Below, piece by piece: positions 20,466 to 30,009 of a stretch of 64,000 nucleotides of DNA. The position numbers and the translations under genes are program-made. Numbering within the stretch: position 1 is the stretch's first letter; each line of letters begins with the position of its first letter. The stretch is from Candidatus Micrarchaeia archaeon (GTDB lineage Archaea; Micrarchaeota; Micrarchaeia; CABMEP01). Under the pieces are notes generated by a model, which did not search any database, was not told where the DNA came from, and saw only the letters and a list, made by a program, of their open reading frames with translations. The stretch spans positions 18,305-82,304 of the forward strand of contig JAVZPM010000003.1 of NCBI GenBank assembly GCA_038881595.1, in the 5' to 3' direction.

Positions 20466-20612
20466 AATATATAATATTATATTAGATTTATAAATATTAC
20501 TATACCTAGCTTAACTATCTTTTTTTACATTAAAAATATCACAGATAAGTACGATATATTTATGAACATTTACGATCAAATACATATATATCTAATTTTG
20601 GAGGTGTTGAAA

Positions 20613-21215
20613 ATGGAGAAGACGATTGAAAATTTAGCAAAGGCATTTATAGGCGAAAGTCAAGCAAGAAATAGATATACTTTCTATGCGAAAGTGGCAA
20701 GAAACGAAGGATATGAGCAAATTGCAGAGATATTCCTGATAACTGCAGATAACGAGAGGGAGCATGCAAGCTGGCTGTTTAAGCTTATCAATGAATTGAA
20801 GAAAAAAGCTACTGAGAGAGGAGAAAAGATAGAAAAATACAATGAAATAAAAGTTGAAGCATCAGCTCCAACTGTATTCGGAAGTACTATCGATAATCTT
20901 AAAGCTGCAATCGCAGGAGAAAACTACGAATATACTAAAATGTATCCTGAATTTGCAGACATTGCTGAAAAAGAAGGATTAAAAGAAATAGCGCAGAGAT
21001 TAAGGGCCATCGCTAAAGCTGAAGAACATCATGAAGAAAGATATAAAAAGATACTTGAACAGCTTGAAAAAGGTACATTCTTTAATAAGAGCAATAAAGT
21101 TTGGTGGGTCTGTAGAGAATGTGGTTACGTACACTTTGGAAAATTCCCTCCTGAAAAATGCCCATCCTGTGATCATCCAAAGGCTTTCTATCAATTGAAG
21201 TGCGAAGAATACTAA
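20613..21215 (+). CDS. rbr: Rubrerythrin
   Basis: GESQARNRY, two ExxH motifs, C-terminal CRECG...CPSC rubredoxin-like domain. Confidence 0.96.
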   Translation: MEKTIENLAKAFIGESQARNRYTFYAKVARNEGYEQIAEIFLITADNEREHASWLFKLINELKKKATERGEKIEKYNEIKVEASAPTVFGSTIDNLKAAIAGENYEYTKMYPEFADIAEKEGLKEIAQRLRAIAKAEEHHEERYKKILEQLEKGTFFNKSNKVWWVCRECGYVHFGKFPPEKCPSCDHPKAFYQLKCEEY

Positions 21216-21242
21216 AAATGAAATATATTAAATGGTGATGAT

Positions 21243-21623
21243 ATGACAGAACTTAATCAGATATATAAATGCAGTGTATGTGGAAATATAGTTGAAATAA
21301 CTCATGCAGGAGTTGGAACATTGGTTTGTTGTAATAAAAATATGGAGAAACTAGAAGAAAAAACAGAAGATCAAGGATATGAAAAACATGTACCTGTAAT
21401 CGAAAAGATTAGAGGTGGGTTCAAAGTTAAAATAGGTTCTATTCCACATCCTATGGAACCTGAACATTACATTGAATTTATAGAAGTACTTGCGGATGAT
21501 AAGATATATAGAAATTACCTAAAACCAGGTCAAACACCTGAAGCTGAATTTAAAATAAATGCAAAGAAAATAACTGCAAGAGAATACTGTAACATCCATG
21601 GATTGTGGAAGAAAGAACAATGA
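21243..21623 (+). CDS. dfx: Desulfoferrodoxin (2Fe superoxide reductase)
   Basis: [25 protein letters not shown]. Confidence 0.96.
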   Translation: MTELNQIYKCSVCGNIVEITHAGVGTLVCCNKNMEKLEEKTEDQGYEKHVPVIEKIRGGFKVKIGSIPHPMEPEHYIEFIEVLADDKIYRNYLKPGQTPEAEFKINAKKITAREYCNIHGLWKKEQ

Positions 21624-21681
21624 TTTTTTTCTATTTTTATTATTTTTTATTTTTCTTCTAATTATATATTAATTTATTGGC

Positions 21682-22920
21682 TTAGAATGAATTTATATTA
21701 TCCCAACTTTTATCCTGGATAACTACATTTAAAACTGAACGTACGTGTTCTCTTGCCCATATGTCTGCTTGAAGAATGTCTTGAAGGTTCGGATTAGGAA
21801 TAACTGCATGTCTATGAACATCCATAGTATGTCTTACTACTCTTATTATGTCACCAAATTTAATCTTTCCTTGTAAAAAATATTCTACAACTGCTACTTC
21901 ATTTGCTGCATTCATAACTGTAGGCATCGTTCCACCAATCCTTCCTGCTTCATACGCATATAATAAAGCTGGAAATCTGACTGTATCTGGTTCAAAAAAT
22001 GTAAGATGACCAACTTTAATCAAATCTAAAAATGCATAATCACCACTTGATAATCTATCGGGATAGGATAATGCATATTGAATCGGTATACGCATATCGT
22101 GAACACCGATCTGTGCCATTATAGAACCATCAATGTATTCAACCATTGAATGAATTATTGATTGAGGATGTATTACAACTGAAATTTGTTCATACGGAAT
22201 ATTATAAAGCCAATGGGCTTCTATAACTTCTAAACCTTTATTCATGAGTGTTGCACTATCGATAGTAATTTTTCCACCCATGTTCCATGTTGGGTGTTTA
22301 AGTGCTTGTTCTCTAGTTGCTTCATTTATTTTTTCTGCTGGCCATAATTTTTCATCTCTAAATGGGCCCCCTGAACACGTTAATATTATTCTCTTTACTT
22401 GCTTCTTTTTATTGCCTTGTAAACACTGGAAAATTGCGGAATGTTCACTATCTATTGGCATGATTTCTACTCCATATTTTTTTGCACTTTCCATAACTAT
22501 ACTTCCAGCACAAACTAATGTCTCTTTGTTTGCAAGAGCTATATTTTTCTTCTTTTTTATTGCCTCTAGTGTAGGGATTAATCCAACACTACCAACAACT
22601 GCAGTTACAACTGTATCAACCATAGGAAAGGTAGAAACTGAAACAAGACCTTCATTGCCAGATAGGATTACTATCTTTTGACCGTGACCTAAATTATCGT
22701 GCATCAATCTTTCCTTAAGTTTAATCGCTGCATCAGTTCTATACATTGATACTATTTTAGGTTTAAATTCATGTATCTGCTCAACCATAAGATCTATATC
22801 TTTATCAGTACCATATGCAGCTAAACCCACTACTTTAAATTTATTTTGATGATTTCTTATAACATCTAATGTCTGAGTACCTATACTTCCTGTAGAACCT
22901 AAAATAGATATGTTCTTCAT
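21682..22920 (-). CDS. dxr: 1-deoxy-D-xylulose 5-phosphate reductoisomerase
   Basis: LGSTGSIGTQTL, LANKE, PIDSEHSAIFQ, SGGPF, HPTWNMGGKITIDSATLMNKGLEVIEA, HPQSIIHSMV, NAANE. Confidence 0.97.
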   Translation of the reverse strand: MKNISILGSTGSIGTQTLDVIRNHQNKFKVVGLAAYGTDKDIDLMVEQIHEFKPKIVSMYRTDAAIKLKERLMHDNLGHGQKIVILSGNEGLVSVSTFPMVDTVVTAVVGSVGLIPTLEAIKKKKNIALANKETLVCAGSIVMESAKKYGVEIMPIDSEHSAIFQCLQGNKKKQVKRIILTCSGGPFRDEKLWPAEKINEATREQALKHPTWNMGGKITIDSATLMNKGLEVIEAHWLYNIPYEQISVVIHPQSIIHSMVEYIDGSIMAQIGVHDMRIPIQYALSYPDRLSSGDYAFLDLIKVGHLTFFEPDTVRFPALLYAYEAGRIGGTMPTVMNAANEVAVVEYFLQGKIKFGDIIRVVRHTMDVHRHAVIPNPNLQDILQADIWAREHVRSVLNVVIQDKSWDNINSF

Positions 22921-23060
22921 AAAAATCACAAAATTAAGGAACGTTTTAAATATATATACTTTTCCATCAAGGAGTTAAAATGATCACTCTTAAAGGCCTC
23001 CAATCTACTTGTCCTTTATTTTTAATAAAAAAATATATTCCTTTCTATCAAAATATTTAC

Positions 23061-23741
23061 ATGGAAAAAATGATTTTTATTATAATAGCAATTACAATTA
23101 TTTTTGTTGGTTGTATAGGAAAATCTACTGATGACCGTGGAGATTTATTATATCAAATGGAAAAATATGAATCTAATAAAATAAATACATACGAAGAAAA
23201 TGCAACAACAACTGATGAAATTAAAGGAGACCTTAAGGATATTCCACTAATAAAAAATGCAGAAAGAAAATGGTCAATAATTAGTAAATATGATATCAAT
23301 ATTAGTGATATCAATGAAGCGGAAATGAAAGGCATTTATACTGGTACTTATTATATATATTCGATTGGATATATGATATCAAATATCAATTACACTTCAG
23401 TTATTGAATTTTATAATAATAACTTTTCTGGATGGAAATTAAAAGGTATAAAACAAGAAAGTGTTAAAATTAATCCATTATTTCTTCCTTTTACTATCTT
23501 TTTCCCAACGATAAAAGAAGGAGAAGTTACTAGATCTGAATTATATTACCAAAAATGTGATGGTATTTTTTGTCCTGAACTTACTATTTCAATATCGTAT
23601 TCAGAACCGGTAATGATAGAAATTATGTGCAAAAAAAGAGATTTTGTGATTGAGAATATTACATATTTAAATCAAAGATATGGGTCTATTACACCTAGTA
23701 AAGAGGAAATAGAAGCGAATGTAAACGCATGTTTAAGATAA
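23061..23741 (+). CDS. Putative lipoprotein
   Basis: Lipobox-like IIIIAITIIFVGC at N-terminus; otherwise not recognised. Confidence 0.6.
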   Translation: MEKMIFIIIAITIIFVGCIGKSTDDRGDLLYQMEKYESNKINTYEENATTTDEIKGDLKDIPLIKNAERKWSIISKYDINISDINEAEMKGIYTGTYYIYSIGYMISNINYTSVIEFYNNNFSGWKLKGIKQESVKINPLFLPFTIFFPTIKEGEVTRSELYYQKCDGIFCPELTISISYSEPVMIEIMCKKRDFVIENITYLNQRYGSITPSKEEIEANVNACLR

Positions 23742-23782
23742 TTTAGTAGACATTTTACACTTAAATTATAAAATGTGATTTT

Positions 23783-24070
23783 ATGGAAAAAGGCGAACCG
23801 ACTTTAGATGAAGTTCTAAGAAATGGGAAAGGAGAATATAGAGTGCATAGAAAAGGAATGTTTCAAAGGATAATATTTACAGTAAAAATAATGAAAGAAC
23901 CTTATGGTGAATATCCTGTTCTATTTACAGATAGGATAATAGATATGAAGGAAGCAGTTAGGCTCGCAGAAGAACTTCAAATAGCTGTATTTACACCTAA
24001 TGGAAATGTATTTCCAAAAGGAAAAAGTGGAAAAGATTTAACAGAATTAATGAGTAAAATAAAAAAATAA
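23783..24070 (+). CDS. Hypothetical protein
   Basis: 95 aa ORF with GTGAT SD. Confidence 0.7.
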   Translation: MEKGEPTLDEVLRNGKGEYRVHRKGMFQRIIFTVKIMKEPYGEYPVLFTDRIIDMKEAVRLAEELQIAVFTPNGNVFPKGKSGKDLTELMSKIKK

Positions 24071-24091
24071 CAAATTTAATTATTGGATAAA

Positions 24092-24829
24092 TTAGATTGA
24101 TGATTTGAAATTCAAATTTTGATTGAACATATCTTGAATCTCTTCTGAATAAATGAAGTTTATCTCTTTCTCTATCTCATCCTCAGTAAGAACACCGATT
24201 TTGACTGCAAGTTCAAGAAGACCTATTTCCCTTTCTGAAATTTTAATTTCGTTCTCTTTTAAATAATTTAGAACAAGTTCAGCTACATCAGATATCCAAA
24301 CTCTTGCAAGTTCAAGCCTAAATGCATTTAAGAATGTATTATCATAGACAGAATAAAGTAAAGAATAAAATTCTCCTTTATTGATTTTCTTATCTTGATT
24401 AAACGGAATTATGTGTTCTGGACAATCGATAGATATCATTCCTTCCATAAATTTAAATCCTAAATGAAAGAGAGGAAAAGCACGACAAACGAGTGGCCTA
24501 TTTTCATATATATTGCACTTAGAGACACCATATTCAAAAGAAAGAAAAGGACATGATTCTTCTGAACTTATTTTCGATATTTTATCATTCTTAGATGCTT
24601 TCTGAATAGATTTAGCTTTTGATTTAGATAGTGGTTGTGGTTTAGTTTGTAAACCCCAATAAAGAATTATTTCTGTATTTTTGTACTTTATCTTGTTTCC
24701 AGGAATTATTTTTATTGAAGGATCTAAAGAGAGAAGTAAATCTTTTTCCCATTCGAACAGTGCAAGATTTTGCATGTTTTTGCAACAATAGCCACAGTTA
24801 ATACATTTAAATTTACTATTTTTCATCAA
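24092..24829 (-). CDS. YkgJ-family cysteine cluster protein
   Basis: FKCINCGYCC, CPFL, CNIYENRPLVCRAFP. Confidence 0.88.
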   Translation of the reverse strand: MMKNSKFKCINCGYCCKNMQNLALFEWEKDLLLSLDPSIKIIPGNKIKYKNTEIILYWGLQTKPQPLSKSKAKSIQKASKNDKISKISSEESCPFLSFEYGVSKCNIYENRPLVCRAFPLFHLGFKFMEGMISIDCPEHIIPFNQDKKINKGEFYSLLYSVYDNTFLNAFRLELARVWISDVAELVLNYLKENEIKISEREIGLLELAVKIGVLTEDEIEKEINFIYSEEIQDMFNQNLNFKSSI

Positions 24830-24862
24830 AAAACCTTCAAAAAACTAAAATTTATAAAAAAA

Positions 24863-25732
24863 TTATCTAATGTATGAAAGCTCATCAGGTTTCTTTGGAA
24901 GTTCAATTGGCATCTGTCCTCTATTCAATTCCTCCTCTAATTTCTTAATTATACCTTCACTTTCTTTTGCTTTTTCTGTAAGCTTAGAAACATCAACCTT
25001 AATTCCAGTTATTTCAGATAGAACTTCAATTACTCTCTGAGCAGATTTATGGTCAATATATGTTCCATGTGTTTCTCCCATTAAACATATACCGTCCATT
25101 CCTTTTAATTTTCCAAGTCCAAGCAAAACACCTGCGGCTCCAATTATAGAACCTTCAACCTCCCCAAAAGTAACACCAAATTTCTTATAGAATTCGACGT
25201 CCTCTTTATTTATAACCGCACCAAAAACTCTAGGTTTTTCTACAAGTTTGCCTATTCCATATCCACCAAGAGTTATTATTTTTTTGCCGCCTAAAAGAGA
25301 GAAGTATTCCAATATAATATTCATTACTTCGAACTGAGCTCTTGAACTGACTGGTTGAACATCACCAATTAAAATAATTAGATCGTTTTTCTTTTTTGGA
25401 TCTTTGTAAAGATAAAACTCATTAACAAGCATCTTTATTGTTCCATCTTTGTTAATTAAAACTTGATGTGGAAAATGATATGAATACAGTGTTGCTATTT
25501 TCTTAGCCTTTAATTCTGAAACCAAATGTTCTGCCGCAAGTTTACCTACAAAGCCGATTCCTGGAAGACCTTCAACAAGTATTGGGTTTACTAGTCCAGA
25601 AACTTTTTCATGTATTTCTATGTTAGTTTTTATTCCGTGTTTAGTTGAAAGAAATGCTTTTTCTAGTATATGGTTTGATTTTTGTTCTTCTTTTTGTAAA
25701 ATTTTTTTCTTAGATTCTGATCTTTTGACCAT
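24863..25732 (-). CDS. PAC2-family proteasome assembly chaperone
   Basis: EGLPGIGFVGKLA, ITLGGY, CLMGET, C-terminal SYIR; follows Nop10. Confidence 0.92.
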   Translation of the reverse strand: MVKRSESKKKILQKEEQKSNHILEKAFLSTKHGIKTNIEIHEKVSGLVNPILVEGLPGIGFVGKLAAEHLVSELKAKKIATLYSYHFPHQVLINKDGTIKMLVNEFYLYKDPKKKNDLIILIGDVQPVSSRAQFEVMNIILEYFSLLGGKKIITLGGYGIGKLVEKPRVFGAVINKEDVEFYKKFGVTFGEVEGSIIGAAGVLLGLGKLKGMDGICLMGETHGTYIDHKSAQRVIEVLSEITGIKVDVSKLTEKAKESEGIIKKLEEELNRGQMPIELPKKPDELSYIR

Positions 25733-25781
25733 AAAATCACCAATGATCTTATTAATCAATGCAAATTAAGAATTAAATAAT

Positions 25782-25979
25782 TCAATAGGGTATTTTTTCC
25801 CTTTCTATTGCTTGATTCATCTCTTTTTCTTCTAAATTCTTAATTCTTGACTTTATTCTTTCTCTAATATTTTTCTCAACTCCACTTGCGATTGGATGTG
25901 GAGAAATTGTATCTTTGTTACAGTGTGTATTTGAAAGAGTATATTTATTACATACCTGGCATTTCCTTATTTTTTTCAT
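25782..25979 (-). CDS. nop10: H/ACA RNP protein Nop10
   Basis: IRKCQVCNKYTL...C...PHP; conserved position after aIF2 alpha. Confidence 0.88.
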   Translation of the reverse strand: MKKIRKCQVCNKYTLSNTHCNKDTISPHPIASGVEKNIRERIKSRIKNLEEKEMNQAIEREKIPY

Positions 25980-26035
25980 TTTTATCGCCGATTTAGAGAT
26001 ATTCTTATCTAAATAATGCAAAAAGAACAAAAAAA

Positions 26036-26818
26036 TTATTCTTCCTCTCTTTCAAATTTAACTTCACATTCATTTTTTGAAGCTAATTTAGTAATATTAT
26101 CAATAAATTGTTTTAATTTCTTCTCACATTTTTTGAAATCATCATCTTGAACAACTATCTGATAGTATGGTGCTCCTAAATAGTGAACACGAATACCAGA
26201 ATTCGGGTCTACTGAAAGTAAATCTTTTATTATATTTATTCCACCTTCCTTTGTACATCTTAATGACATTTTTCCTTTTATTAACTTAACTTGTTTCTTT
26301 ATATTTTCATTTGCAGTTTCAAAAATTGCTTCAATCCATTCTTGTGGAAGTTTTGTCTTTTTTAGAACAGATTCTCCTTCTCTAACAACTTCTTCGAATG
26401 CAGAAAATGAATCATCAAAATGCGATTCGAGAATAGATTTAACTTCCTCAATTGAAAGCTTTGTGGTTTTGTTTGCATTTTTTATCTTTTCTTTTGCAAC
26501 TTCAAGAAGCTTTAATGCTCTCTTATCTCTTTTAATTTGCTCAAGTTTCCTTTGTTGTTCTGCTTCTGTAACTCTCTTTAAAGATACATCCACCATGTTT
26601 TTTTCAGGAACCACTCGATGTACTCTAACTACCAGTCTCTGACCTTCTTTAAGGAAGTTTCTTATATTCTTTACCCATCCAGATGAGACTTCAGAAACAT
26701 GGAGAAATGCGTCCATGTTATAATCTTCCATTTTACAAAATGCCCCGTAAGGAAAAACTTTTGTGACAGTTACAACGACTAGCTCATCTAATTCTGGGAC
26801 ACTTTTCTTTTTTTCCAT
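26036..26818 (-). CDS. eif2a: Translation initiation factor aIF2 alpha
   Basis: S1 domain, HVSEVSSGWVKNI, DVSLKRV, YLGAPYY. Confidence 0.96.
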   Translation of the reverse strand: MEKKKSVPELDELVVVTVTKVFPYGAFCKMEDYNMDAFLHVSEVSSGWVKNIRNFLKEGQRLVVRVHRVVPEKNMVDVSLKRVTEAEQQRKLEQIKRDKRALKLLEVAKEKIKNANKTTKLSIEEVKSILESHFDDSFSAFEEVVREGESVLKKTKLPQEWIEAIFETANENIKKQVKLIKGKMSLRCTKEGGINIIKDLLSVDPNSGIRVHYLGAPYYQIVVQDDDFKKCEKKLKQFIDNITKLASKNECEVKFEREEE

Positions 26819-26842
26819 CTAATTACCTTTAATGATATTAAA

Positions 26843-27016
26843 TTAAATCACTTTTATTATTTTACCAAGTATCTTTGCATATCCACCTGTAGGTTTTGCA
26901 ATTGGTTTCTTGCATAAGCTACATAAAACTGTTCTTTTTGCAGTATTAAAAACATATTGTTCATTTCCACATTCGTGTTTAACTAATAAGAATTTTGAAT
27001 TTGATGATGTTTTCAT
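26843..27016 (-). CDS. rps27e: 30S ribosomal protein eS27, not in ORF track
   Basis: Manual translation MKTSSNSKFLLVKHECGNEQYVFNTAKRTVLCSLCKKPIAKPTGGYAKILGKIIKVI. Confidence 0.93.
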   Translation of the reverse strand: MKTSSNSKFLLVKHECGNEQYVFNTAKRTVLCSLCKKPIAKPTGGYAKILGKIIKVI

Positions 27017-27046
27017 TATATCACCTCAAAAGGGTAACATAACCTA

Positions 27047-27334
27047 TTATTCCTTCTTGATTATCTCAAGAACTTTCCTTGTTCTTGTTCCAATTACTCT
27101 CTCTTGTTTCTTCTTGCATTCAGTACATTCAAGAATTACTTTTTGATGTTTACCCATTTTCTTAACAGGTTTCTTACCCTTGACCTTACCTACGTAACCA
27201 GTAAGTTTTCTGTCGTATCTTGCCTGACCTACTGCAAAAGGTGATTGCTTTCCTTTCTTATAAAGCTTAACTTTTTGTGCAGTATGTTTATTACAACTTG
27301 GACAATATGTTCTAATCGTATCAACCATCTTCAT
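27047..27334 (-). CDS. rpl44e: 50S ribosomal protein eL42 (L44e)
   Basis: RTYCPSCNKHT, LECTECKK. Confidence 0.95.
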   Translation of the reverse strand: MKMVDTIRTYCPSCNKHTAQKVKLYKKGKQSPFAVGQARYDRKLTGYVGKVKGKKPVKKMGKHQKVILECTECKKKQERVIGTRTRKVLEIIKKE

Positions 27335-27485
27335 AATCTCAGCTCCTTTAAGTAGCAAAAATACACAATTCCATAGTGAAATGTTCACAATTAGGAGATT
27401 GTTATATTAATATTTACATATAAATATAAAAATATTAGTATATCAGTAGATTTACTAGACTTAGCTGTTTTCTAGTAGTAAAATA

Positions 27486-28034
27486 TTATTCTACCTGTTT
27501 AGCTACTCCTATTTGGATTAACATTTCTGCATCTTCGTATGCCAATTCTACTTCGGTTTGTTGCTTAAAAGGACCTATTACTGAGCCATTGGCACCAACA
27601 AACTCATCTACATCTTTAAGAAGCATTACCTTTAACTTACTGCTTTTTGGCTTTAAAACTGATATTTGTTCTGCATTATCGCACTCTTTTTTCTGACAAA
27701 CTAATTCAAGATCTGTTTCACTGTTGAATTTTTTGATAATTGGAATTATTTGGTTATATATCTCTCGTTCTCTATCGAGCATTTCTGGTGGAAGTTCGAT
27801 TTCCTTATCATAACTAAGAATATAATTAAATACTTTCTCTAATCTTCTCTGATATATGTACTTTATCATCTTCAATGCATTATTATATTCCCTCATTCCA
27901 CTTGGATCTGATTTATCATAAGATGCAAGCAATCTTCCTGCAAGTTGATAGAAATTTGAAGGTATAGCTGAAAGTCTTGAACCTTTTTCCCTTGCATGTA
28001 TTCTCATAAGTTCATCATAAGTAAGTTCTTCCAT
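27486..28034 (-). CDS. GINS complex protein (Gins15-like)
   Basis: LSAIPSNFY, RRLEK, C-terminal FVGANGSVIGPF B-domain; lies between priS and eL42. Confidence 0.85.
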   Translation of the reverse strand: MEELTYDELMRIHAREKGSRLSAIPSNFYQLAGRLLASYDKSDPSGMREYNNALKMIKYIYQRRLEKVFNYILSYDKEIELPPEMLDREREIYNQIIPIIKKFNSETDLELVCQKKECDNAEQISVLKPKSSKLKVMLLKDVDEFVGANGSVIGPFKQQTEVELAYEDAEMLIQIGVAKQVE

Positions 28035-28158
28035 ATAATCATCTTAAACATAAGAAAATCTTATAGGAAAGCAATATTAAATTTGATAGAAATATATATT
28101 AATTATTACTTTAGGTTGTTCAAGTATTCGCAATAATTGACTGTAAATTGGAAACTAT

Positions 28159-28792
28159 TTACCTTTTCTCTACAAGATCTTGCAAAACATTCAATGCTTT
28201 TTCCCTAACACTTAATACAGGGTCTAAAATTGAAATTGACTCTAATTGAGTTTTTGCTTCTATTATTTTTAGCTTTGAAATTGCCTTAATAGACGCGATT
28301 CGAATAACATATGCTTATCTGAAAGAAAATGAGTTATAAAAAGTCATCTTCTTTTATTTGGTTTCCTTTTTCAAATTTTAAATCTATCTCAGATAGGGAA
28401 TTAATCTCCTCTTCCTTCACAGTCCAATCTTTTTCTCTCTTTAATGAACTGATTAGTAAAAGATTGCTTTCTCATAATCGGAGTAAAATCTCAATATATA
28501 TGATATAATTCTTCTAACTCCAAGAATTGAAATTTAATTAAATAAGAGTGGGTCTGCCATTTCAATCTTTTTGCTAGATCAGGATCTTTTTTCTTTAATA
28601 AATTTCTTACTAATAGAACTTGATCTCCACTAATTAGACCTTTTAGACCTTTCTTCACACATTGTGCAAGCGAATCGTTATACTGCTTATAATTAGAGAT
28701 TTTTTCTTCATTACTGAACGAAAAATTATTTTCAAATTTTTTATTTTGTTTCCATAGAATCTATTAGAACTATTTTATTGATCAAAAAACAT
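28159..28792 (-). pseudogene. Degraded HEAT-repeat protein gene
   Basis: SD+ATG at 28792, then frameshifts and stops; fragments EKDWTVKEEEINSL and YVIRIASIKAISKL...DPVLSVREKALNVL. Confidence 0.55.
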
Positions 28793-28849
28793 TTTATCAC
28801 AAAAATAAGAAACTTTTGAAATAAATAAAGCTTACGGTTTATTTAGAAA

Positions 28850-30001
28850 TTAACTAATATTAATTAGTCTGTCTTTATTTTCTAAAAGCACTGCAACTTT
28901 TTTACATAATAAATAAATAGCTGCATATTCTGGTAGCTCTATGATCTGATCTTTATAAGGACCAAATGTTTGATTTTTAAGAATAAATTCTTTACATGAA
29001 TGTACATAAATCTTCATAGGATTATCTGAAAATATGACTGGCATTGATGTCCAATCGTACTTGTCAAAACTGTTTATATCAAATCTCTGTGCTAGTAAGC
29101 CTGTTTCTCCATGAATACTATCTGGCATTCTTATAAGCTTACTTGTGTCAAATGTTACCCCTTCATCTATAAATGCAGCCTGGTCTTTTTTTATCGCCTC
29201 GACAATCTGAGAAAAGAACTTTTTCTTATCAGATACATAAACTGCCTCCCAGTTTCCATTTGATATTTGTTCTGCTGCATCAACTTTTGAATAAAATCTT
29301 TCAGCAATTTTTTTATGAATCCCTATTTGTTCAAGAGATCTTTCTTTGATATGCTTAACTACAAAATTTGCAATTCTTCCTTTCCAACCACCATCTGTTA
29401 TTTTAGGGCCTATAATTCGTTTATGAATTGGATCTTGATAAAAGAAACGTTCATACTCCAAACCGTTGGCGTTAACATAATCTGCGATTTCTTTTCTCCC
29501 ATATGTCTTTAACGATTGAAATCTTGTTGAGATATGAATATGGTAGCCTCTGTTTCCACTAAAATTAACTTCTATCTCTTCTTTTGGTATGTTGAAATCT
29601 TTTACAAGGAAATCGTCGATCAATCTTAATGCACATTCCTTAGCTCTACTCATACATTTTTCGCAAACCCAATCTTTACCATGCTTCTCAGTACACGACA
29701 TTCCCAATTCATTTGCATCGATATCAAAAACCAAATCACCTTGAATCCACTCTTTCTTTTCGATAGGTCTAGCCGCTGGATATTTATAATACGCCTCCGA
29801 ATATGAAATAAAAAGTGGTGCATTTCTTCCCAGATAAGCATTAAGTTCCTTTTCGCTTGAAAATGAATAATGTCTTGATTCAATCTTTTTAGACCAACCT
29901 CCAAAACCAAACTCTCTATTATGAATTTTCTTTGGTGCTTTTGTCCAATGAGTAGAATAATAATGTCTAAACTTTTCTGTTATAAATGTCTCTTCGTCCA
30001 T
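28850..30001 (-). CDS. priS: DNA primase small (catalytic) subunit
   Basis: REFGF, DLVFDID, FSGNRGYHIH, LIRMPDSIHG. Confidence 0.96.
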   Translation of the reverse strand: MDEETFITEKFRHYYSTHWTKAPKKIHNREFGFGGWSKKIESRHYSFSSEKELNAYLGRNAPLFISYSEAYYKYPAARPIEKKEWIQGDLVFDIDANELGMSCTEKHGKDWVCEKCMSRAKECALRLIDDFLVKDFNIPKEEIEVNFSGNRGYHIHISTRFQSLKTYGRKEIADYVNANGLEYERFFYQDPIHKRIIGPKITDGGWKGRIANFVVKHIKERSLEQIGIHKKIAERFYSKVDAAEQISNGNWEAVYVSDKKKFFSQIVEAIKKDQAAFIDEGVTFDTSKLIRMPDSIHGETGLLAQRFDINSFDKYDWTSMPVIFSDNPMKIYVHSCKEFILKNQTFGPYKDQIIELPEYAAIYLLCKKVAVLLENKDRLINIS

Positions 30002-30009
30002 AAAAACAC

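Noticed and set aside
7922..27388. Many ORF-track proteins begin with short extra N-termini (MIIMAK, MIFMAK, MKIMK, MFMGK)
   Set aside because: Mostly an artefact of the GGTGA ribosome-binding site or another upstream alternative codon being read as the start; starts were moved to the downstream ATG
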